Shown here: positions 26,982 to 34,009 of the stretch, one piece after another
Layout of the letters: each line of letters starts with the position of its first letter
Position numbering within the stretch: the first letter of the stretch is position 1
Assembly: GCA_016872855.1 (NCBI GenBank)
Contig: VGYV01000002.1
Location: 1 to 43,534 of the forward strand
From: Planctomycetota bacterium
GTDB taxonomy: Bacteria > Planctomycetota > PUPC01 > DSUN01
Length of the DNA: 43,534 nucleotides
Direction of reading: 5' to 3'
Translations under genes and position numbers: made by a program
Notes under the pieces: generated by a model
The model's database searches: none
Seen by the model: the letters and a program-made list of their open reading frames with translations, nothing else
Told to the model about the DNA's origin: nothing

Positions 26982-29242
26982 TCGACGTCCTCAACGCTGG
27001 GCGTCGCCAGCGCTGGCCCGTCCCCGTCGCGGCCATCGTCCTGGCTCGTCCCTCCGCGTTTCTCCCGCCGGCGGCCGTGGCCATAGCCGTAACCATACCC
27101 GTACTTGTAGTAGTAGCCGTAGCCGCTGTAGTGGTAGTAGCGGTCCTCCTTACGCGGCACGGCGTTGACGACCACTCCCAGGATCTGCGCTCCCACGCTG
27201 AGGAGGCCGTCGCGCGCGCGCTCCGCCACCTTGCGGTGGGACCTCTCGGCGCGAACGGTCAGAATAGTCACATCGCAGACGGCGCCGAGGATGCGAGCAT
27301 CGGTGACGGGCATGACCGGCGGCGAGTCAATCAGGATGTGGTCATACCGGGCCGATACCTCGTCGAGCAGGCCGGCAAACGCCTGGCTGTTTAGCATCTC
27401 CGAGGGATTCGGCGGAATCGGTCCCGTCGGCAGGACATCGAGGCATCCAACCTTCGTGCGCTGGATGACGGCGTCCAGCGGCTCGCGGCCGGCCAGGACG
27501 CTGGAGAGGCCCCGCTCTCGCTCGATCTCAAAGACTCTGTGCTGCATCGGCTTGCGGAAGTCCCCATCAATGATGAGGACTCGCTGCCCGGCCTGGGCCA
27601 TAGCTATGGCCAGGTTGCTGACAAGGGTGGTCTTGCCATCGCCCGGCTCGGGGGACGTGACCACAATCCTCTTGGCCTGCCCATTGGGAACGCCAAAGTA
27701 GATGGCGGTCCGAACCGTTCGGTAGGCCTCCGCCGCATGTGAGGCCGGCTCGGCCTCCACCTTTCTGCCGCGGGCCGCCAGGCTCTCCTTGCCGGGCATC
27801 TGCGGGATCATGCCCAGGATCGGCGCGCCGAGGGCGGTCGAGATCTCGTCGGCGGAGTGGAACCGCTGGTCCAACCACTCGCGGGCCATCGCGAGGCCGA
27901 CGCCCAGCATCACACCAATGATGAGCGCCATCGCCATCGTGTGCCTCTTGTCGGGGCTGCTCGGGCCGCCGGCGGGGACCGCAACCTCCAGGATCGTGAT
28001 GTTGAGCGCCCCTGTGTCCTCATTGACGTTGATCTGCCGGATACGGTCGTCAATCATGTCGCAGAGCTTCCTGGCCTGTTCCCACTCGGACCGGAACAGC
28101 GTGTACTGCGCGGCCTGAGCGTTCAGGTCCACCATCTCCTTGCGCTGCTCTTCAAAGGAGGCTCGAATCTGGGCCTCCTTCTTCTTCAGGGTCTCGAGCC
28201 GCGGAGCCGCGACCAGGAGTTCGGCCTCGGCAAGGCGCTTCTCGAGTTCGGCCAAGCGCTGCTTCCGCTCGGCGAGCCTCGCCTCCAGGGCCTGCATGCC
28301 CGGGTGCTCGTCCGTGCACTCCCGCTTCATCTCGGCCAACTGGACCTCGAGGCGAGCCACCTCTGCGCGGAGCAAACTCTCCTCGGGGGCGGCCGCGCTC
28401 CCGCTGCCGAGGAGCCGGCGCAGCTCGACGAAGTGGCGGAGCCGGGTCGGGTCGTTCGCGGTCTCCTTTGCCGCCTCATAGGTCGCCGTTCCGTCCAGGA
28501 TCTCGCTCTCGACCGCGATCAGCGCCGCCGAGTAGGCCTCCATCCGCTTCGACATGAAGCTCCCATCGCTCCCCTCGAACGCGAGAAGGGGGTTTGACTT
28601 CTTGAAGTCCACCATCGCCTTCAGCGCATTGGCCAGCTCCGCGTCCCGCTTGGCCTTCTCCCGCTGGAGGATTTTCAGCACCTCGGCCGCCGTGTTGCGC
28701 TTCGAGGCGTTCTGGTACGTGATATACGCATCCACTACGGCATTGACTATCTGAGCCGCATCCTCGGGGTAGGGCGACTCAAAGGAGATACTGATAATAT
28801 CGTCGCCTTTGCCCAACTGGGCGCGGAGCATGGCCTTCAGGTAGCCCACGGGATTGCCCACGCCCGCAAAGGTCCTGAGCTCGCGGATGCCGGGCCGTTT
28901 GAGCGCCTCGGCCGCGATGGGGGTGGACTTGAAAAGCGCGCACTGCGTGTTCAGGTAGCTCCACGGCCCCATCGTGAAGTCCTCGGTCCCGGGGATGATC
29001 CTGGGAACGAGCCGCTCGACGTAGACCCGCGACGTGCTGGTGTAGAGAGGGGTGGTCATATCGAGGTGGACCCACCCTGCGACGAGGGAGGCCACGACAG
29101 CCAGGGCGACAATCCAGCGGCGGCGCCAGATGGTGTGGACCAGCGAGGGCCGGCCGCTATCCCCGGGGGCGCCCAACGCCGGCGCAGGGACCGGCCCGTC
29201 GGCCCTTCGCACCGCGTTGTTCCCATTCACAGGCTCACCCAT
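26978..29242 (-). CDS. Polysaccharide co-polymerase (Wzz/GumC-type) fused to a BY-family tyrosine autokinase (Wzc-like)
   Basis: GGAGAGG-N6-ATG 29242 (the maximal ORF starts at GTG 29290). TM helix IVALAVVASLVAGWV, a long coiled periplasmic region, a second TM, Walker A VVTSPEPGDGKTTLVSNLA, ...LIIDGDFRKP, and a C-terminal Tyr cluster DRYYHYSGYGYYYKYGYGYGYGHG. Confidence 0.85.
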   Translation of the reverse strand: MGEPVNGNNAVRRADGPVPAPALGAPGDSGRPSLVHTIWRRRWIVALAVVASLVAGWVHLDMTTPLYTSTSRVYVERLVPRIIPGTEDFTMGPWSYLNTQCALFKSTPIAAEALKRPGIRELRTFAGVGNPVGYLKAMLRAQLGKGDDIISISFESPYPEDAAQIVNAVVDAYITYQNASKRNTAAEVLKILQREKAKRDAELANALKAMVDFKKSNPLLAFEGSDGSFMSKRMEAYSAALIAVESEILDGTATYEAAKETANDPTRLRHFVELRRLLGSGSAAAPEESLLRAEVARLEVQLAEMKRECTDEHPGMQALEARLAERKQRLAELEKRLAEAELLVAAPRLETLKKKEAQIRASFEEQRKEMVDLNAQAAQYTLFRSEWEQARKLCDMIDDRIRQINVNEDTGALNITILEVAVPAGGPSSPDKRHTMAMALIIGVMLGVGLAMAREWLDQRFHSADEISTALGAPILGMIPQMPGKESLAARGRKVEAEPASHAAEAYRTVRTAIYFGVPNGQAKRIVVTSPEPGDGKTTLVSNLAIAMAQAGQRVLIIDGDFRKPMQHRVFEIERERGLSSVLAGREPLDAVIQRTKVGCLDVLPTGPIPPNPSEMLNSQAFAGLLDEVSARYDHILIDSPPVMPVTDARILGAVCDVTILTVRAERSHRKVAERARDGLLSVGAQILGVVVNAVPRKEDRYYHYSGYGYYYKYGYGYGYGHGRRREKRGGTSQDDGRDGDGPALATPSVEDVE

Positions 29243-29312
29243 CGTGGGCCTCTCCGGGGCCGGAAACGCGACACGTCGGCCCCCGGCCACTACCCGCCGT
29301 TACGCGACCGTC

Positions 29313-30791
29313 TCACCGCGTGGTGCTCGGGACCAACGGGACCGTCGCATAAGCGCCGGCGCCGAAGTGCAGGACCCTGGCCCAGAACTTGTTCCAGCGC
29401 GTTCGGAAATTGGGTTCCAGGCAGATGACGTCGCCGGGCTTGATGACCACATCCAGCGCCTCAATCATGGTCATGCCTCCGATCGGGAACTGGGCCACGA
29501 CCGGCCGCCCGTCGCGGTCCTGGCGGTAGATGGTGGCATGCCGCGGGCCTGCCTGTAGATCAGTGCCTCCGGACATCGCGAGCGCCTGTTGCAGGGTGTA
29601 CCTCGCCGTGGGCGGGTACGAGTGCACGCCCGGGCTCATCACCAGCCCGGTCACTGTGAAGAGCGGGTCCTCGTAGTGCTCCACCTCGACGCTGTCGCCA
29701 TCCTGAAGGGCGACGTTGACAAGGGGGATGTTGCGGTCTCTGACGGGGACTTCGAGGGGCTTCGCATCGTGGGCCTGCCCCGCGCGGCGAATGCGGATGA
29801 TCTTGGCCCCGCCGGCGCCTGCGCCCGACGTCCTCGCCGAGCCCCCAATGCCGCCCGCCTTGGCCAGCAGCACCGCCAGCTCCATCTCGTTGCTGCGAAG
29901 CTCGTACCTCCCCGGCGAGCCCACCGCCCCGGCCGCGTAGACCGTCGCCGTGCAGTATTCGGCCACCTTCACCATGACCGTCGGGGGGGAGCCGACGTGC
30001 TTCGGGTGATAGGCGGCGGCCACGGTCTCCTCGATCTCGGATACGCCCTTGCCGGCCACAGGGACGTCGCCGACGACGGGCAAGCGGACCACTCCCGCGT
30101 CCGTGACCCGGCACAGGAGGGTCGTCCCTGCGGGCGACTCCCGGCCGCCTGGCGCGGCGCCGCCGACGACGGCCGACAGGAGCGAGGTCCCACGCTCCGT
30201 GACCCGGGCAATCACGGAGGGACGGTTCTTGACGAACTTGGGGAAGTAGGCTGCGACGACGGCCGCCTCGGTCTCGGGAAGCGTTTTGCCCGCGACCGGC
30301 AGCTCGCCGACGGCAGGCAGCCAGATACTCCCCGCCGCGCTCACGCGGCAAGCATAGGAGGGAATCCTGCCGCCATCCTCGCCCAGGCCGTGCATGACCG
30401 TGGGCATTGCCAGGTCAATCACGTCCCCCGAGCGGACGCGGTACATGTCCAGCCGCTTCTCGGGAGGGGCGGGCCCATCGTGGCTGACGGCGTCCTTTTG
30501 CTCCGGGCGCAGTTGTGCTACCCACTCGGCCCCGTCCTGGCGCGCTTCTATCTTGACTTCCAACACGTCGCGCGCGACGACGCGGTAAGGCCAAGCGAAC
30601 GGCTTGGCCACGGGCAGTTCACCGAGAGAGATTGTGGGAACCGCGGGACCGGCTGTGTTGAAGCGCGCCAGTTGCTCGCCAGTCGTAGCGCGCGGCAGCT
30701 CACACCCGCCAAGACAAAGGGGGAGGAAAGGCAGCAACCCGGCCAGCGCGGGCGCCCGAAAGCGTCTCAGCCCTATTGTGGCGAGCTTCAC
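29313..30791 (-). CDS. Outer-membrane polysaccharide export protein (Wza-like: Poly_export + SLBB repeats), lipoprotein
   Basis: Lipobox ...LLPFLPLCLGGC. YRVRSGDVIDL (polysaccharide-export motif). Repeated soluble-ligand-binding beta-grasp-like segments (...VRLPVVGDVPVAGK...; ...LQDGDSVEVE...; ...IKPGDVICLEP...). GTG start at 30791. Confidence 0.75.
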   Translation of the reverse strand: MKLATIGLRRFRAPALAGLLPFLPLCLGGCELPRATTGEQLARFNTAGPAVPTISLGELPVAKPFAWPYRVVARDVLEVKIEARQDGAEWVAQLRPEQKDAVSHDGPAPPEKRLDMYRVRSGDVIDLAMPTVMHGLGEDGGRIPSYACRVSAAGSIWLPAVGELPVAGKTLPETEAAVVAAYFPKFVKNRPSVIARVTERGTSLLSAVVGGAAPGGRESPAGTTLLCRVTDAGVVRLPVVGDVPVAGKGVSEIEETVAAAYHPKHVGSPPTVMVKVAEYCTATVYAAGAVGSPGRYELRSNEMELAVLLAKAGGIGGSARTSGAGAGGAKIIRIRRAGQAHDAKPLEVPVRDRNIPLVNVALQDGDSVEVEHYEDPLFTVTGLVMSPGVHSYPPTARYTLQQALAMSGGTDLQAGPRHATIYRQDRDGRPVVAQFPIGGMTMIEALDVVIKPGDVICLEPNFRTRWNKFWARVLHFGAGAYATVPLVPSTTR

Positions 30792-30809
30792 TTAGCAGCC
30801 CCGGCAATC

Positions 30810-31163
30810 TCACGGCCACGGCGGCAAGATTGGCGTGCGCTTCGCCGGCCGCCGAATGATGATCAGGAGCGCGGGCCTAACGACGCTACGCGTCCTCGCC
30901 TCGGCACCCAGGGTGGGTAGGCCGCCCGGTGAGCCGGCTGCTGCTGTGGGATTCACGCCGCTCAGAGGAGCAGAGGCCAGTGCCAGGTCCGTCCCGAGGC
31001 TGAAGGGGTCAAAGGCGAGCGCCTCGGCATCGACTCCCTTCGATGGCAATCGGGCCGCTGCAGGCGACGCTTGCCGCAGGAGCCCCAGAACCAAGGGGAT
31101 GGCGACTAGCGCCGCGCACGCACCGCGTCCCCCCCATCGACGCTTACGGACCGCATCTCGCAT
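30810..31163 (-). CDS. Hypothetical small secreted protein
   Basis: ATG 31163. Signal-like RKRRWGGRGACAALVAIPLVLGLL. Third-position G/C is coding-like. It fills the gap between two supported genes. No recognisable domain. Confidence 0.35.
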   Translation of the reverse strand: MRDAVRKRRWGGRGACAALVAIPLVLGLLRQASPAAARLPSKGVDAEALAFDPFSLGTDLALASAPLSGVNPTAAAGSPGGLPTLGAEARTRSVVRPALLIIIRRPAKRTPILPPWP

Positions 31164-31181
31164 CGGATGTCCCCCGCTCCG

Positions 31182-32420
31182 CTATGTGATGCCCGCGGAG
31201 CATCGCTTTGCCGGATGCGCCACTCGGCGGCGTCGTCTCCTCACGATCAAGGCGGCAAGCCCACCTCCCAGCAGGACCATGGACCCCGGCTCTGGCAATG
31301 CAAGGCGCAGGACCTCGCCCGTGAAGACGTAGTTCGTGGGGAGGTGGGTGTCAATCCAGAGATGGTCCTTCATCAAGCCGCCCCAGTGGACGAAGCCCGC
31401 GCTCAGCGCGGAACCTCCGGCGAGAATTTCGAGATCGTACATGCCGTACCCGTTCGCGGTGGCCGCAATCAGCCCAAGGGTACCAAATACGGTGTCCTCG
31501 GTGTACCCAAGCGCGGGTCCGCCGAAAGAGTCGCCTTGATGGTCAAAGCGCCAATAGAAGGAGCCGGTTCCGGGGTAGTCCTGGTGCCCGCCGAGGATAC
31601 CAGGCAGGTCGCTCAACGTCACCGGCTCGTTATCGCCGTAGTCCCACCAGACCTCGTAGCCCGGCACGGGCGCGGCAGAGGGCAGGACGTACGTGTTGTC
31701 CAGTCCCCCCGGCGTCGAAGCCAGCGCCCACACGGCGGCCCCAAGAGCCATGACGGGGTAGCCGGGGTGATCGCCCGGCGTCGAGACGTCGTGCACCATG
31801 CCCAGCGTCTCCACAAGCCCGGCCCGCCAGTCCGACAGATCCGCCGCATTCACATACGCCGCAGCGACGACATGGTGGGCGAGGCTGTTCACTACTATCG
31901 AGTTCCCACCGTCGCCGTAGTTGTACACGGTGAACCATCGGAGCTTATCCACGTACCCGGGCGTCCCGGCAGGATTCCCGGGATAGCCAGGCGGGTAGGC
32001 GCCCCCGGGATTGGGGGGGACAGCGGCGAGGCCACTGATGGCTTGATAGAGGTTGGTGAGTTCGGTTCGCCAGATGTTGGCCGACGGGGTAGCATTGATC
32101 TGGCTGAGGCGCGCAAAAGCGTACGCCTCTTCCCCAACCAGGTGGTGGGTGTTCGGAGCGATCTCGAACGCGTTGTTCCGAATCCAATCCCCCCCTTTCT
32201 CCGCGCTCGTCTTGTATGCCGGCTTCCCGGTCATCTCATAGACGCGCACGAGACCCGGGATGATGAACCCCGTCTCCCACTCCTGACCGGGCGGAGGCCA
32301 ACTGCCATTGGGGTTCTGCGCTGCCACGAGCAGGTCAGCCTGCGGCGCCCACACGTTCGCGGCAGCGACTGCGGCCAGCTCAGCAACGATGACCAACGCT
32401 AGAGAGCGATGGTGTCGCAT
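31182..32420 (-). CDS. PEP-CTERM sorting-domain secreted protein (N-terminal region possibly alpha/alpha-toroid-like)
   Basis: GAGAGGA-N5-ATG 32420. Signal MRHHRSLALVIVAELAAVAAANVWA. The C-terminus LALPEPGSMVLLGGGLAALIVRRRRRR fits the pattern PEP motif + TM + Arg cluster. Confidence 0.8.
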   Translation of the reverse strand: MRHHRSLALVIVAELAAVAAANVWAPQADLLVAAQNPNGSWPPPGQEWETGFIIPGLVRVYEMTGKPAYKTSAEKGGDWIRNNAFEIAPNTHHLVGEEAYAFARLSQINATPSANIWRTELTNLYQAISGLAAVPPNPGGAYPPGYPGNPAGTPGYVDKLRWFTVYNYGDGGNSIVVNSLAHHVVAAAYVNAADLSDWRAGLVETLGMVHDVSTPGDHPGYPVMALGAAVWALASTPGGLDNTYVLPSAAPVPGYEVWWDYGDNEPVTLSDLPGILGGHQDYPGTGSFYWRFDHQGDSFGGPALGYTEDTVFGTLGLIAATANGYGMYDLEILAGGSALSAGFVHWGGLMKDHLWIDTHLPTNYVFTGEVLRLALPEPGSMVLLGGGLAALIVRRRRRRVAHPAKRCSAGIT

Positions 32421-32626
32421 TCCCGTCCTCTCTTGGTGTTCACCTGCACGGCTGCTGGTCTCGGTTGCCAGCGAGGTCGGTGGAGCCGGACACCATATCG
32501 TCTCGACCAGTGAGGCCTAGGTCGAGAACGCAACTCACGCCACCGTCCGCGCAGGCAGGACCCACGTGGCACAGTGGCCCAGACCATCCCCGGGTTCCCG
32601 GACATCGAACCCATCCATCGCCTTGT

Positions 32627-32655
32627 AATCTACCAGAGGCACCGCCATCTGTCAA
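32627..32655 (-). promoter_or_regulatory. Sigma70-like promoter for the 31182..32420 PEP-CTERM gene
   Basis: Minus strand: TTGACA (32655-32650), a 17-nt spacer, then TAGATT (32632-32627), preceded by an AT-rich stretch (TCTTTGATTTC). It implies a leader of roughly 200 nt before ATG 32420. Confidence 0.5.
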
Positions 32656-32910
32656 GCAAGAAATCAAAGATTCCGCAGAGCGGCCATGGGCCTCGCCGCC
32701 TCCGGTGTCCCAGGGCATCCGTGACACATATATCCCCTTTCGCACCAACCTCTTAGGGAGCAAAGGAGCGGGCGGCCGCAAAGCCCGCGGGCAGCGATGC
32801 AACAGGCTGGCCCAGGCGAGCCTGCGCGCCCCTGCATAGGGCATGGGCACATATGGCAGCGCGCGCCCGAGCCGACGCTCCGGCTGCACGGGCTGTTTCC
32901 ACGCAGGGAG

Positions 32911-33810
32911 CTACGTCGCTTGCCTCTCGAGTAGCTCGGCCACGTCGGGGCCTGGCCTCCAATGAAGGTCGAATGCAGGCACGTGCGCGACCAGGTCGTC
33001 CAGGAAGCGAAGGACCATCGTCATCGGCTCGGGATCGTACCATGGGACAGATGCGACGCGCAGAAGCCGCTCGGCGGCTCCTCGCGGGCCCAGCGGCACG
33101 ATCTCGTTGGCGGCCGCCCGCCGGATGAAGTAGATGGCGCGAAGCGGGGCGCTCTCGTTCAGTGCTGCCCCCTGATCCCCGGGCCAGGGCGTGCCGTAGG
33201 CGAGGAACCTGCCGCCGACTTTCCGGAGCGCCACACGGTCGTCGCTGAGGAGCCTGAGGCCCTCACGCCCCGCCAGGTGAGCTGCCAGGGTGCTCTTGCC
33301 GGCGCCCGACTTGCCGGGGAAGATGAGCCCCTTGCCACCCATGTTCACTCCCGCCGCGTGGACGAGCGCCCCTTCGTGCCGCGCAAGGAGGAAGATCAGC
33401 AGAATCTGGTCGAGGGGGTAGGTGACGGGGGTCGCGATGGCGAGGCCGTCCCCTGTCTTGCTGGCCATCTGGTCGCTACAGTAGATCGTCACGTGGGTCA
33501 GGTCGCAAGGGAACCGGGCCGTCCAGAGCTCGGGCTCGGAAGGGCGGCGGGGATGGAGCGCGAGGACATAGCTCCCGCCGTCACGCGACAGACGCCACGA
33601 GTCTCCCGTATCGAAGACGACCCTCGGGCTCACAGGAGGAGGCGCGGCTCCCAGTTCCACGCGCACCGGCACATCGAGTGCCTCTGGGGAGCTGCCTGGG
33701 GGGATGCTGAAGGGGCCGTAGGAGGCGTCGAGGCCCCGGAGTTCGAGCGGATGCCGAGAGGTCAGGGAGAGAGTGAAGCCGGCAATGCTCAGGCTGGCGC
33801 GCAGCGCCAT
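32911..33810 (-). CDS. HPr-kinase/phosphorylase-related kinase (HprK C-terminal-domain-like P-loop protein)
   Basis: ...HEGALVHAAGVNMGGKGLIFPGKSGAGKSTLAAHLAGREGLRLLSDDRVAL...GTPWPGD shows the P-loop and downstream SDD typical of HprK-like kinases. Start set at ATG 33810. The ORF segment 33811-33954 has only about half G/C at third positions, whereas another frame there looks coding (see 33839..34009). Confidence 0.75.
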   Translation of the reverse strand: MALRASLSIAGFTLSLTSRHPLELRGLDASYGPFSIPPGSSPEALDVPVRVELGAAPPPVSPRVVFDTGDSWRLSRDGGSYVLALHPRRPSEPELWTARFPCDLTHVTIYCSDQMASKTGDGLAIATPVTYPLDQILLIFLLARHEGALVHAAGVNMGGKGLIFPGKSGAGKSTLAAHLAGREGLRLLSDDRVALRKVGGRFLAYGTPWPGDQGAALNESAPLRAIYFIRRAAANEIVPLGPRGAAERLLRVASVPWYDPEPMTMVLRFLDDLVAHVPAFDLHWRPGPDVAELLERQAT

Positions 33811-33838
33811 GTGGCTCGGTACCCGAAGAGAGAAGCGG

Positions 33839-34009
33839 CTACGACCCTGGCAGACTGCAGTTGTTGATCCAGCACGGAGAAGCGCCGGAGGCGGTCTTGC
33901 TCGCCGACTTGCAGCCAGTGGCCAACACCTCGGCTGCGGCCAGATCAATGGCACGAAGCCTGGGCTTCTCGTAGGGCAGCTTCTGCTACCGCGGGGACTG
34001 GGAGTTCAT
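33839..34009 (-). CDS. Candidate RiPP precursor peptide, interrupted by an in-frame TAG at codon 8 (33986-33988). The uninterrupted part is 33842..33985.
   Basis: Minus strand: GGAGAGGAGA-cagcg-ATG(34009) AAC TCC CAG TCC CCG CGG TAG CAG AAG CTG CCC TAC GAG AAG CCC AGG CTT..., giving MNSQSPR*QKLPYEKPRLRAIDLAAAEVLATGCKSASKTASGASPCWINNCSLPGS*. About four fifths of third positions after the TAG are G/C, which is gene-like. YEKPRL matches the YxxPxL leader motif bound by PqqD-type RRE domains. The core has 3 Cys, is Ser-rich, and ends in Ser. Too short to appear in the ORF track. Confidence 0.4.

Noticed and set aside
32664-32852. 62-aa Cys-rich minus-strand ORF (MCPCPMQGRAGSPGPACCIAARGLCGRPLLCSLRGWCERGYMCHGCPG...) as an alternative rSAM substrate
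   Set aside because: Third-position G/C is only at background level (about 60 percent by my count, against about 80 percent or more in real genes here). There is no SD and no leader-like motif. It lies immediately upstream of the predicted promoter (-35 at 32650-32655) of the downstream gene. Kept only as a very weak alternative.
33811-33954. Upstream extension of the HprK-like ORF to ATG 33954 / TTG 33948
   Set aside because: Only about half of third positions are G/C in this frame, and the translation (MPLIWPQPRCWPLAASRRARPPP...) is non-protein-like. Another frame over the same DNA looks coding (the candidate precursor).
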